From Candidatus Sulfotelmatobacter sp. (GTDB taxonomy: Bacteria; Acidobacteriota; Terriglobia; Terriglobales; Acidobacteriaceae): 64,000 bases of DNA. The translations under genes were made by a program, and so were the position numbers. Location of the stretch: the NCBI GenBank assembly GCA_035308125.1, contig DATGHF010000007.1:12863-76862 (forward strand). The letters are read 5' to 3'. The notes below the pieces were generated by a model. That model searched no databases and was not told where the DNA came from. It saw nothing but the letters and a program-made list of their open reading frames with translations. Shown here piece after piece: positions 45,561-54,860 of the stretch. Position 1 is the first letter of the stretch, and every line of letters starts with the position of its first letter.

Positions 45561-46049
45561 ATGAAGTTGAAGCTGGCAGTAATGCTTGCGGGGGCTTTGC
45601 TCAGCGTGGCGCCGTTTGCGTTCTCGCAAGACGCGGCTACCGCGGACAAGACTCAAGATCAAGGCCAGAAGACCACTACCGGCAATCCGGCAAAGAAAGC
45701 GGCGAAGACTACGGCGAAGGATACCGAGAAGGGCGCCAAGGTCGCGGCCAAGGATACGGCAAAGGGCGCGAAAGTCGCCGGTAAAGACACAGAAAAGGCC
45801 GCCGACAAGACGGGCGAAGCTACTGAGAAAGCCGCCAAGGCCACCGGACATGCAACCAAGGTTGCGGCGAAAGATACGGCAAAGGGCGCGAAGGTCGCAG
45901 GTAAGGATACGGAGAAGGGCGCGAAGGTGGTCGGGAAGGACACCGGCAAGGTCGCCAAGAAGACGGGCACCGCCGTAAAGAAGGGCGCCGAAGATACTGG
46001 ACATGAAGTGAAGAAGGGCGCGGAGAAAACCGAAGACGCGGTGAAGTAG
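45561..46049 (+). CDS. Secreted Lys/Ala/Thr-rich repeat protein (11-mer KDTxKGAKVAG repeats, LEA-like)
   Basis: Signal peptide MKLKLAVMLAGALLSVAPFAFSQ followed by reiterated AKDTAKGAKVAGKDTEK units. Confidence 0.7.
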   Translation: MKLKLAVMLAGALLSVAPFAFSQDAATADKTQDQGQKTTTGNPAKKAAKTTAKDTEKGAKVAAKDTAKGAKVAGKDTEKAADKTGEATEKAAKATGHATKVAAKDTAKGAKVAGKDTEKGAKVVGKDTGKVAKKTGTAVKKGAEDTGHEVKKGAEKTEDAVK

Positions 46050-46070
46050 GGCGGAACAGCTGGATCGATA

Positions 46071-46144
46071 AACCACAGAGGGCACAGAGGGCACGGAGGA
46101 GCGAGAGCGTTGGTTCCTTTGTGATGCCTGTGTCCTCTGTGGTT
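46071..46144 (+). repeat. Inverted pair of CTCTGTG-type stutter units followed by a T-rich run
   Basis: AACCACAGAGGGCACAG at 46071-46087 pairs with CTGTGTCCTCTGTGGTT at 46128-46144 (16 of 17), then TTGATTTTTGG. Confidence 0.6.
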
Positions 46145-46199
46145 TTGATTTTTGGCGATGCTAGAATTGAAGTTTGCTCGAACCACTTTGCTCCAAACC

Positions 46200-49154
46200 A
46201 TGCTGACTGGATCGGAAATCCGCCGTAAGTTTCTGGACTTTTTTGTGCAGAAGGGGCACAAGGAAGTGCATTCGTCGTCGCTCGTCCCGCAGAACGATCC
46301 CACACTGCTGTTCACCAATGCCGGGATGAACCAGTTCAAAGACGTCTTCCTCGGACTCGAAAAGCGGGACTACTCCCGCGCTACCACTTCGCAGAAATGC
46401 GTGCGCGCCGGGGGAAAGCACAACGATCTGGAGAACGTCGGATTCACCAACCGGCATCACACGTTTTTTGAGATGCTGGGGAATTTTTCTTTCGGCGACT
46501 ATTTCAAGAAAGATGCGATTGCGTATGCGTGGGAGCTGATCACGTCGCCGCAGTGGTTTGGGATTGCGAAGGATAGGCTGTATGTGACGATTTTTGAGGG
46601 CGACCCCCTGGCATCTGGGATTCCCGGCGGCATTCCTGCGGACGATGAGGCGGAAACGCATTGGCTCGCAGTCGGCGTTCCCAAGAGTCGCATCTTTCGG
46701 ATGGGGATGAAGGATAACTTCTGGCAGATGGGCGATACAGGCCCGTGCGGTCCGTGTAGCGAGATTCATTACGACATGGGGCTGGCGGCGTCGGAGCAGG
46801 GACACACGGATTGCGCATTCGCGTGCGATTGCGGACGCTACGTGGAGATCTGGAACTTGGTTTTCATGCAATACAACCGCCAGCCGAGAGCTGCTGTTCC
46901 TGAGATGCTCGAATACGTGCCGTTGCCGAAGCCGTCGATTGATACAGGGATGGGACTGGAGCGGGTGACAGCGGTGCTGCAGGGCGTGATTTCGAATTAC
47001 GACACGGATTTGTTCGTGCCGCTGATTGAGAAGGCGGCCCAACTCATGGGCACGACGCCCCTGCTAACCAAGATCGTGAGAGAACCGGAGCATACGGCCG
47101 CTTCGCTACGTGTTGTCGCCGATCATTCCCGAGCGACAACGTTTTTAATCTCCGACGGCGTTCTTCCCTCAAACGAGGGACGTGGCTACGTTCTGCGAAA
47201 AATAATCCGTAGAGCTATTCTTCACGGCCGAAAGGGATATGCGGAGGGGCCACTTCTCCACCGGATGGTGTACGCCGTTGTCGAACTGATGAAGGACGCA
47301 TATCCCGAACTCGTCGACGCGGCGGATCGTGTTGCGAAGATTGTCAAGGCGGAGGAGTTGCAATTCGCGCGAACTCTCGACGTTGGCCTAGAGAGGCTGG
47401 AACAAGACTTCCGTCCGCTGCGAGCGGCGAAATTTCTCGCTGAACGTCCAGAAAGTACCTTAGAAGAACTAAAGAAGATCTTCGGAGAGGGCGTGACGCC
47501 GTCTGATTGGGGGAGCATCGCCCCTAGCCCTCGGCCAATCTATCGGGGCGACAGAGCCTTTCGGCTCTACGACACGTTTGGGCTGCCGCGTGACTTCATC
47601 GAGGATGCCTGTCGTGATAACGGATTCGCCTTGGATGAGGCTGGATTCGATCAGGCGATGGAAGAGCAGAAATCGCGTGCCCGCGCTTCCTGGAAAGGCG
47701 CCGCCAAACAGACCGCTAATCCCGCTTATCAAAAGTTGCCGACCTCAACTTTCGAAGGCTATTGGCAGACTCGCTCGGACGGCTGCGAGGTGCTGGCCAT
47801 CATCCACAACGGGCAGGGGGTGCAACAGCTTTCGGCGGGCGAAGAAGGCGAGGTCATTCTTGATCACACGCCGTTCTATGCCGAGTCTGGCGGGCAGGTT
47901 GGCGACCGGGGATGGTTTTATTCGGACGATCACAACACCGTCGTCGCCGAAGTGAAGGGATGCTATTCCCCGATTCAGGGGGTGCGGGCGCATCAGGTTG
48001 TGATGAAGGGTGAAAAGTCAAAGTCCCCACCCTCCGCAAAAAACGCGGAAGGATGGGGCACCCTCAAGGTTGGGGATCGGGTCGACGCCGTGGTCAACAC
48101 CGACGTCCGCGAGGCGACCATGCGCAATCACACGGCTACGCATTTACTGCATGCCGGGTTGCGCGAGGTGCTGGGGAAGCATGTGAAGCAGGCAGGATCG
48201 CTGGTGGCGCCGAATCATTTGCGGTTTGATTTTTCGCATTTCACCGCGGTCGAAGACGAAGAACTGCAGGACATTGAAGACATCATCAATAAGGAAGTGC
48301 TGCGCAACTGGAAGGTGGAGACCATCACCGACGTCCCAATTGACGAGGCCATCAACAAGTATCACGCGATGGCGCTGTTCGGGGAAAAGTATGGCGACAT
48401 GGTGCGCGTGGTTCGCATCGGGGATTTTTCGACCGAGCTTTGCGGAGGCACGCACACGGCCGCGACCGGAGAGATTGGGCTGATCAAGATTCTCAAGGAA
48501 AACAGCGTGTCTTCGGGAGTGCGGCGCGTGGAGGCCATCACCGGCGAGGGATCGTTGCGGCATTTCCGTAAAGATCATCAGCTCGAGAACGTGGTGTCTG
48601 CGTTCGTCTCTCCCACCCTTTCGCAAAAAACGCGAAAGGATGGGGCACCCGCTGTCGGTGATGCGCCCGCTCTAGAAGAGGCAACATTCTCTCCTGCTGA
48701 TGCGTTGAAGGCTGAGCTCGACAAGAAAGACGCCGAGATCAAGCGCTTGGCGCGCGAACTCGATCAAGTGCGGATGAAGTCGGCGTCGTCGAGCACGGCG
48801 AACATCGGCGACAAGGTGAAAGAAGTGAAAGGCGTGAAGGTTCTTGCCCATCGCGTGGACAACCTGGAGCGGCCGCAGATGCGGACACTCGTCGATCAGT
48901 TGCGCGACAAGATCGGCTCGGGCGTTGTGATTCTGGGATCGGCGTCGAATGGCAACGTGTCGCTGATCGTCGGCGTGACCAAAGATTTGACCGGGCGGGT
49001 GCAGGCTGGAAAAGTGATTGGCCCCGTGGCGCAGAAAGTTGGCGGCAAGGGCGGCGGGCGTCCGGATCTGGCCGAGGCGGGCGGGAAAGATGCCGGGGCG
49101 CTGGATGCCGCGCTGGACGGGGTGTATGGCGTTGTATACGGGCTGCTGGGGTAG
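46200..49154 (+). CDS. alaS: Alanine--tRNA ligase
   Basis: [67 protein letters not shown], editing-domain HTATHLLH and C-terminal [12 protein letters not shown]. About 984 aa, which is long for AlaS. Confidence 0.97.
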   Translation: MLTGSEIRRKFLDFFVQKGHKEVHSSSLVPQNDPTLLFTNAGMNQFKDVFLGLEKRDYSRATTSQKCVRAGGKHNDLENVGFTNRHHTFFEMLGNFSFGDYFKKDAIAYAWELITSPQWFGIAKDRLYVTIFEGDPLASGIPGGIPADDEAETHWLAVGVPKSRIFRMGMKDNFWQMGDTGPCGPCSEIHYDMGLAASEQGHTDCAFACDCGRYVEIWNLVFMQYNRQPRAAVPEMLEYVPLPKPSIDTGMGLERVTAVLQGVISNYDTDLFVPLIEKAAQLMGTTPLLTKIVREPEHTAASLRVVADHSRATTFLISDGVLPSNEGRGYVLRKIIRRAILHGRKGYAEGPLLHRMVYAVVELMKDAYPELVDAADRVAKIVKAEELQFARTLDVGLERLEQDFRPLRAAKFLAERPESTLEELKKIFGEGVTPSDWGSIAPSPRPIYRGDRAFRLYDTFGLPRDFIEDACRDNGFALDEAGFDQAMEEQKSRARASWKGAAKQTANPAYQKLPTSTFEGYWQTRSDGCEVLAIIHNGQGVQQLSAGEEGEVILDHTPFYAESGGQVGDRGWFYSDDHNTVVAEVKGCYSPIQGVRAHQVVMKGEKSKSPPSAKNAEGWGTLKVGDRVDAVVNTDVREATMRNHTATHLLHAGLREVLGKHVKQAGSLVAPNHLRFDFSHFTAVEDEELQDIEDIINKEVLRNWKVETITDVPIDEAINKYHAMALFGEKYGDMVRVVRIGDFSTELCGGTHTAATGEIGLIKILKENSVSSGVRRVEAITGEGSLRHFRKDHQLENVVSAFVSPTLSQKTRKDGAPAVGDAPALEEATFSPADALKAELDKKDAEIKRLARELDQVRMKSASSSTANIGDKVKEVKGVKVLAHRVDNLERPQMRTLVDQLRDKIGSGVVILGSASNGNVSLIVGVTKDLTGRVQAGKVIGPVAQKVGGKGGGRPDLAEAGGKDAGALDAALDGVYGVVYGLLG
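48025..48063 (+). repeat. Hairpin element CCCCACCCTCCGC-AAAAAAC-GCGGAAGGATGGGGCACCC inside alaS
   Basis: Read directly. Translated as [13 protein letters not shown]. Confidence 0.8.
48611..48650 (+). repeat. Second copy of the hairpin element inside alaS, read in a different frame
   Basis: TCCCACCCTTTCGC-AAAAAAC-GCGAAAGGATGGGGCACCC, translated as [14 protein letters not shown]. The stem carries compensatory changes relative to copy 1. Confidence 0.8.
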
Positions 49155-49234
49155 GAAAGCAGTGGATAGTGGATAGTTGTAAGTTTCCTCAGCTTCTCGT
49201 TTCGATCGGTTTTTCTTCCTCGTCTGGAGATGGT

Positions 49235-49648
49235 ATGGACGACCGCATCCGGTTCATCGAACACAAGGGCAAGCAGATTCTGCTGGCCGACTGTTCGCAC
49301 TGCACGGCGGAGGAACTCGAAACCATGTCGCGACTGGTGCCCAGCTATGTGACCGCCGAGCCGAAAGGGTCGGTGCTACTGCTGGCGGATTTTACGGGAG
49401 CGCAGTTTGAACGCAATGCCATCGAGCGGCTCAAACGCGATACGGTGCTCGACCGTCCGCACCTGAAACGGTCTGCGTGGGTGGGGACCGACACTCTGCC
49501 CCACATTTTTTACGAGCACCTCAAGGCCTTTTCGCAGCGCGACCTGCCCACGTTCAAGACACGGGAAGAAGCCATGGACTGGCTGGTGAGCGACGAAGAT
49601 CTGCAGTTACCGAATCGCACGCTCGGGGACCTCCCGAAGCGGCGCTGA
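49235..49648 (+). CDS. Hypothetical protein, possibly STAS/SpoIIAA-like fold
   Basis: GGAGA SD. 137-aa ORF. The C-terminal FKTREEAMDWL resembles STAS/SEC14-like DUF proteins. The assignment is weak. Confidence 0.5.
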   Translation: MDDRIRFIEHKGKQILLADCSHCTAEELETMSRLVPSYVTAEPKGSVLLLADFTGAQFERNAIERLKRDTVLDRPHLKRSAWVGTDTLPHIFYEHLKAFSQRDLPTFKTREEAMDWLVSDEDLQLPNRTLGDLPKRR

Positions 49649-49738
49649 AACTTATCTGAGACCCCTCGCAAAAGCGCTCGAGATTTCGGCTGCGGGTTCC
49701 CCCTTCGACTGTGCTCAGGGTCATGCCCGCAAATCGCC

Positions 49739-50854
49739 TCAACTTCTCCACTTCAGCGTAACCGGCCCGGTCAGAGGATGCTTCATCTCGGCGCCGATGC
49801 GTTTAGCTTCCAGGTGCGCAGCCTTCAACTGAAAATACCATTTGGCGGGACGGTCGGCGTCGTCGATCAACATTAAGTGCGGATTGTGATTGAGGCCCTC
49901 GGCTTGCATCTCCATGGTGCGGCGGTCTTGCTCCACGAATTTTGCGAAGACGAATTTCAACAGCTCTGGCCCGAACGGCACCCAGCGGAAGATATTCCAG
50001 GCGGCAACCACGTCGATGCGGCAGTGATTGCGCGTGATGGGCGTGACTGTGGTGAGAGAGGAAAACCAGAATTTTCCCGCGCGGATGGTTTCGGTTCTCA
50101 GGTTTGGCAAAATGAAATCGATGGTGGTGGTAATGGAATCGGCCGCGGCATACAGGCGCAACAGCTTGTAGGGCGCGGAGTTTGAGCTGGGGGTATGGGC
50201 GCTCATGCGGAAGCCGTTAGGAATAGGCTCGAAATGTTTTTGCTTTTCGTGGATGCTGTGGCGGCTTCGCCACCACCACGCCTGGTGTACGAACGGTCCA
50301 TGCGCCGGATCCATCAGGCCGATAATGCCGTGGTCGACGCTGACGGGCATGTCCGCGGTGAGATAGGCGAGTTTGTATTTCGCGCTGAATTTTTCTATCT
50401 GCGGCGCGGGTGCTGGAGCCTCCTCGGGCTTTGTGAATCCTGCTCCTTGCGGCCCGGGCTCGGGAATGTAGACCCAGACGAAACCGTCCCGTTCCTCGCA
50501 GGGATGGCTGCCGGCGTAGATGCGATCGAATCTCAACTTCTGATCGGTGGTCAATGAAGGAATGAGCACGCACTGTCCATTGTGAGCATCGAACTGCCAG
50601 CCGTGATATCCGCACTCGAGGTTTTCTCCGTCAAACTTGCCGCAATGGAGCGGCATTCCCCGGTGGGGACACGCATCGCGCAGAGCAAAGGGAATGCCCT
50701 GGCGATCGCGTCCGATCACCAGCGGAATTTCGAGCAGCATGGCCTGGAGAAGCTGATTGCGCTGCACGCGGTCGGCGGGCAGAGCGCGATACCAGAAGCC
50801 GGGAAGCATGAGCGAATCGGGCGTCTGGCGCTGGGGAGAATCGAGGTCGGGCAT
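49739..50854 (-). CDS. Rieske [2Fe-2S] non-haem iron oxygenase (PaO/ring-hydroxylating alpha-subunit-like)
   Basis: CPHRGMPL...CGYHGWQF Rieske motif, with a downstream DPAHGPFVH iron-site-like motif. Start taken at MPDLDSPQ. Confidence 0.85.
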   Translation of the reverse strand: MPDLDSPQRQTPDSLMLPGFWYRALPADRVQRNQLLQAMLLEIPLVIGRDRQGIPFALRDACPHRGMPLHCGKFDGENLECGYHGWQFDAHNGQCVLIPSLTTDQKLRFDRIYAGSHPCEERDGFVWVYIPEPGPQGAGFTKPEEAPAPAPQIEKFSAKYKLAYLTADMPVSVDHGIIGLMDPAHGPFVHQAWWWRSRHSIHEKQKHFEPIPNGFRMSAHTPSSNSAPYKLLRLYAAADSITTTIDFILPNLRTETIRAGKFWFSSLTTVTPITRNHCRIDVVAAWNIFRWVPFGPELLKFVFAKFVEQDRRTMEMQAEGLNHNPHLMLIDDADRPAKWYFQLKAAHLEAKRIGAEMKHPLTGPVTLKWRS

Positions 50855-51023
50855 GGTGAGATCGGTGATTGCTGATTTTTGATCGCTGCTTGAAAAACCT
50901 ATGCTAGCATCCGCAGGACTTGGTTGGACTGCAGATTTACCCCAGGGGCCGATCAACGCAGCGCTGGAAACGCTGCGCCACCCAAAATCAGACTTGCCCA
51001 GCTTTCACGCAGTGCACGGCACC

Positions 51024-52253
51024 ATGGAATTCGTCGGACATTTTCGCAGGCTCACTCCGGTGCAGCGGAATACATTCATCGCCTGCTTTCTGGGGTGGTC
51101 ACTCGACGCCTTTGATTTTTTCATCCTGATCTTCTGTGTAAATGCGCTGGCGGCGCAGTTTCAGACGAAAGTGTCCGCTATTACGGAAGCCATTTTCCTG
51201 ACGCTGGCCATGCGGCCGCTGGGGGCGCTCTTGTTCGGGTGGATGGCGGACTGTTTCGGACGGCGGCCCACGTTGATGGTCGATATCATCGCGTATTCGG
51301 TTTTCGAGCTGGGTTCGGCCTTCGCGCCGTCGCTGACGTTCTTCCTCATCATGCGGGCATTTTTCGGCATCGCCATGGGCGGGGAATGGGGCGTGGGCGC
51401 GGCCCTGGCGTTCGAGACTTTGCCCGCGGAAGGCCGAGGATTTTTTTCCGGCCTGCTGCAGGAAGGTTACGTGGTGGGCAATCTTTTGGCCGCGGCAGTT
51501 TATGGAACGTTGTTTCCGATTGTGGGCTGGCGTGGGATGTTCGTGATCGGAGCGCTGCCCGCATTCCTGGTGATTTACATTCGCACCCAGGTGGACGAAT
51601 CGCCGGCGTGGCTGCAAGGGCGCGTATCGCGAGAGACAGAGGGTCACGTCGGAAAGGACATTTTTACTTACCTCGGCAGTTTTCTTTTCCTGGTCGTGCT
51701 GATGTTTGGCTTTAACTCTTTCAGCCACGGCACGCAGGATCTTTATCCAACGTTTCTAGAAAAGAATCATTTCTTCGCGCCGCAGACTGTTCGGACGGTT
51801 TCGATCGTGGGCAGCATTGGCGCATTGCTGGGTGGGATTTTCTTTGGCACGTGGTCGGAGAAGATCGGCCGCCGCCGGGCGATCGTGATCGCGGCGCTGC
51901 TGGCAATCCCGGCGATTCCTCTGTGGGCGTATTCCCACACGGTTGCCATGCTGGCGGCGGGCGGATTTCTCATGCAGTTCATGGTGCAGGGCGCCTGGGG
52001 AGTGATCCCCGCACACCTGAATGAACTGTCTCCACCGGCGGTGCGGGGGACGTTTCCGGGGTTCGCGTATCAGTTGGGCAATTTGCTTTCGTCGCGCAAC
52101 GCGGTGGTGCAAGCCAAACTTGTGGAACAGCGCTATGGAGGCAGCTTTCCGCCGGTGCTGTCGTGGACGGTGGTCATCATCGCGGCGTTGGTGGCGGTGG
52201 TTACCGGAAGCGGAAAAGAACGACGCGGCGCCGATCTCTCGCAGACCAGCTAA
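51024..52253 (+). CDS. MFS transporter
   Basis: 12-TM profile. LGALLFGWMADCFGRRP is the MFS loop 2-3 motif. Confidence 0.85.
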   Translation: MEFVGHFRRLTPVQRNTFIACFLGWSLDAFDFFILIFCVNALAAQFQTKVSAITEAIFLTLAMRPLGALLFGWMADCFGRRPTLMVDIIAYSVFELGSAFAPSLTFFLIMRAFFGIAMGGEWGVGAALAFETLPAEGRGFFSGLLQEGYVVGNLLAAAVYGTLFPIVGWRGMFVIGALPAFLVIYIRTQVDESPAWLQGRVSRETEGHVGKDIFTYLGSFLFLVVLMFGFNSFSHGTQDLYPTFLEKNHFFAPQTVRTVSIVGSIGALLGGIFFGTWSEKIGRRRAIVIAALLAIPAIPLWAYSHTVAMLAAGGFLMQFMVQGAWGVIPAHLNELSPPAVRGTFPGFAYQLGNLLSSRNAVVQAKLVEQRYGGSFPPVLSWTVVIIAALVAVVTGSGKERRGADLSQTS

Positions 52254-52580
52254 TCTCGCACACCCGCTAAGAGAATTTTTCTACTAACATCTCGGGAACA
52301 CGCGAGACTGGGAGCGCCCGGAGATTTAAAAATGGCTGACACGGCGCGTTTTCGCCGCACAAACCATAATAATTCGCAAGCGTGCAACGACAATCACCAT
52401 GATCAGACCCTTCTACCACGGTGAGACACCACGGTAGCATTGTCACCGGGAGATTCCTGTGGTACGGTAAGTGAAATTTCACACCTTCGTAAATACATTC
52501 ACAGGATCCCCGAGTTGTGGTTTGCGCAGTGCGTACGTCGAATGTGTGTATCGAACGTGTGAGCCGAGGGTAGCGCCACC

Positions 52581-53069
52581 ATGAAGGAAATTATGGATCA
52601 ACCTGTCCCTGCCGGTGAGTCCGTTGAGAAGGAAACCTTTGCCAATCGCAAGCTGATCCGGCCGACTCTGCCGCGCACGGAAAACCACGGCAACCACAAC
52701 TCGCAGCCGGTGCCGCCGCGGGAGCGCGCGGAGCGTCCGGAACGGCACGACCGGGATCGTGGAGATCGCGGCGGGGGAGATCGCGGCGGTATGAGCGGCG
52801 GTATGAGCAGCGGCGCAATGGGCGCAGGAGGAGGACGAAAGCTTGCGCCTCCGGAGCAGACCAACGCCGAGAATTTTTATTATCAGAAGCAGATGCAGTC
52901 GCGCACACCCATGGTGATCGTGTTGCGCGATGGCGAGGAAGTCCGCGGCGTCATCGAATGGTATGACAAGCAATGCATCAAAGTGAACCGCGACAACGGC
53001 GGACCGAACCTGATGATCTACAAGCCCGCGATCAAATATATGTACAAAGAGGGCGAGAACGAGCGGTAA
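52581..53069 (+). CDS. Hfq-like Sm-fold protein with long Arg/Gly/Asp-rich N-terminal extension
   Basis: The C-terminal 65 aa ([29 protein letters not shown]...[11 protein letters not shown]) align by eye with the Hfq Sm1/Sm2 motifs ([27 protein letters not shown]...VYKHAIST). Confidence 0.6.
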   Translation: MKEIMDQPVPAGESVEKETFANRKLIRPTLPRTENHGNHNSQPVPPRERAERPERHDRDRGDRGGGDRGGMSGGMSSGAMGAGGGRKLAPPEQTNAENFYYQKQMQSRTPMVIVLRDGEEVRGVIEWYDKQCIKVNRDNGGPNLMIYKPAIKYMYKEGENER

Positions 53070-53289
53070 CGGGCGCTTGACATTGCTTGCGACACGTAAC
53101 TCTCTGAAAAATTAGGCTATTATCCGTCCCAACGATGACTCGGTCGAAGCCTTCGCTCGACACTTGATGTCGTCGCCACTCAACGCCCCCGCCAGTTTAC
53201 GGGGCAGATGCTCCCGTTGACAATCTCCGTTATCTCCCATAGCATCAATCACTTGAGGCACATCTTGACCTCGTATTCGGGAGCCCCTT

Positions 53290-53559
53290 GTGATTAAGCT
53301 CGACATCATCAACGAAGTTGTCGCCCGGACGGGCATTACCAAGACTAAGGCCGAGCTGGCGGTGGAGACGGTTTTCGAAAGCATGAAGAAGGCGCTGGCG
53401 CGCTCGGATCGTATTGAGCTGCGGGGATTTGGCGTGTTCAACGTGCGTCCGCGGAAGACCGGGATCGGGCGCAATCCGCGCACTGGCGCTGAAGTTTCCA
53501 TTCCACCGGGCCGAGCGGTTCGGTTCAAGCCGGGGAAAGAGCTGCAATCGATTGATTAG
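53290..53559 (+). CDS. HU/IHF-family DNA-binding protein (IHF-beta-like)
   Basis: GTG start. Contains RIELRGFGVFNVRPRKTGIGRNPRTGAEVSIPPGRAVRFKPGKEL. Confidence 0.9.
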   Translation: MIKLDIINEVVARTGITKTKAELAVETVFESMKKALARSDRIELRGFGVFNVRPRKTGIGRNPRTGAEVSIPPGRAVRFKPGKELQSID

Positions 53560-53563
53560 AGGC

Positions 53564-53603
53564 AGCTTCTAGCTTCTAGCGTCTAGCTTCTAGCTCTTGG
53601 CTC
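53564..53603. repeat. CTAG-rich nonamer array (AGCTTCTAGC x4, degenerate)
   Basis: Read directly, starting 5 nt after the IHF-like stop. Confidence 0.8.
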
Positions 53604-53784
53604 GTTTAGATGGCTTCTGGCCGTGGGTTCCGAAGACTTTTCCAAGTTCATCTGCTTTTTCTTCGTTGTACTTCTCAGGACTGCTGTTTTGAATACCTGC
53701 CGCCTGCCCTGTATCTGCAACTCGTAGTAGCATCAAGAGAAGCCCGATTCGAATGCCGGGCTGAGATTTCGCCCGAGAGTTCGA

Positions 53785-54816
53785 ATGTCCGATCCGATTC
53801 CTGCGGTAAATTATCCTCCTGCTGACGATTACCGGCCTGCGGTCGAATGGGCGCCGCGCCCACAAGGACAGATTTATTGGCTACATGCACTTTTGTTGGT
53901 GCTGACCTGCTTGACCACGCTGGTGGTCGGGGCGCGGATGCAGGCCAATTTTCTGCTCAACAAGCCGGTGTTCTCGATGGACGACGACTCGCTATCCATG
54001 TTTCCGGTGCGCTGGATTCTTGAGCATCCGTGGTCGCGGCTGAGGCTGGGCGTGCCTTTCGCCGCCACGCTGATGCTGATTCTGATGGCCCACGAAATGG
54101 GCCATTACCTTTACTGCAAACGCTATCAGGTGTGGGCCACGCTGCCATTCTTCATCCCCGCGCCCACGTTGATCGGAACGCTGGGAGCATTCATACGGAT
54201 TCGATCGCCCATCCGGTCCAGGACCGCTCTCTTCGATATCGGCGTTGCCGGCCCGATTGCGGGGTTTCTGGTTTCCGTAGGGGTGCTGTGCGTTTCGCTT
54301 GGATTTTCCAAGCCGTTTCCGATGGGGGCTCGGCCGGCCGATCTGCAGATCGGATTTCCCTTAGTCTTTCAGTGGATGCATCGCCTGCTTGCGACGCAAA
54401 GCGGTGCACACGGAGTTGCGATGTTGCCTTTGAATCGCGTGCTGCTGCATCCGTGCGCCATCGCGGCCTGGGTGGGGATGTTTGCCACTTCGTTGAACCT
54501 GCTGCCGGGCGGTCAACTGGACGGCGGGCACATCGTCTTTTCTGTCGCGCCCTGGGCCCACAAGTTTGTATCGCGGCTGACCATCCTCATCCTGGTGCCG
54601 ATGGGCTATTACCTTTGGGCGGGATGGTTTCTCTGGGCGATCTTGTTGCAGTTGAGCAGTTTCCGGCACCCGCAGGTGGCGGAGTTGCCGCGGGTTTCCG
54701 GGGTGCGTGCGGGGCTGGCACTTTTTGCTCTAGCCATGCTGGCCTTGACCTTGACGCCAGCGCCGTTTTTGCATGCGTCCGTGCCGGAGATGATCCGGCA
54801 GCTTCGGCAGCCGTAG
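53785..54816 (+). CDS. Site-2 protease family (peptidase M50) membrane protein
   Basis: AHEMGHY HExxH motif within a polytopic membrane protein, with a downstream NLLPGGQLDGGH motif. Confidence 0.88.
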   Translation: MSDPIPAVNYPPADDYRPAVEWAPRPQGQIYWLHALLLVLTCLTTLVVGARMQANFLLNKPVFSMDDDSLSMFPVRWILEHPWSRLRLGVPFAATLMLILMAHEMGHYLYCKRYQVWATLPFFIPAPTLIGTLGAFIRIRSPIRSRTALFDIGVAGPIAGFLVSVGVLCVSLGFSKPFPMGARPADLQIGFPLVFQWMHRLLATQSGAHGVAMLPLNRVLLHPCAIAAWVGMFATSLNLLPGGQLDGGHIVFSVAPWAHKFVSRLTILILVPMGYYLWAGWFLWAILLQLSSFRHPQVAELPRVSGVRAGLALFALAMLALTLTPAPFLHASVPEMIRQLRQP

Positions 54817-54860
54817 GACAGTTCTCTGCGAATCTCGCTACGCAGGCTGTGAAGAAACGC

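Noticed and set aside
44832-49154. recX-alaS synteny without recA as a notable rearrangement
   Set aside because: recA may simply lie elsewhere in the genome. The absence of one gene from a window is not evidence of anything unusual.
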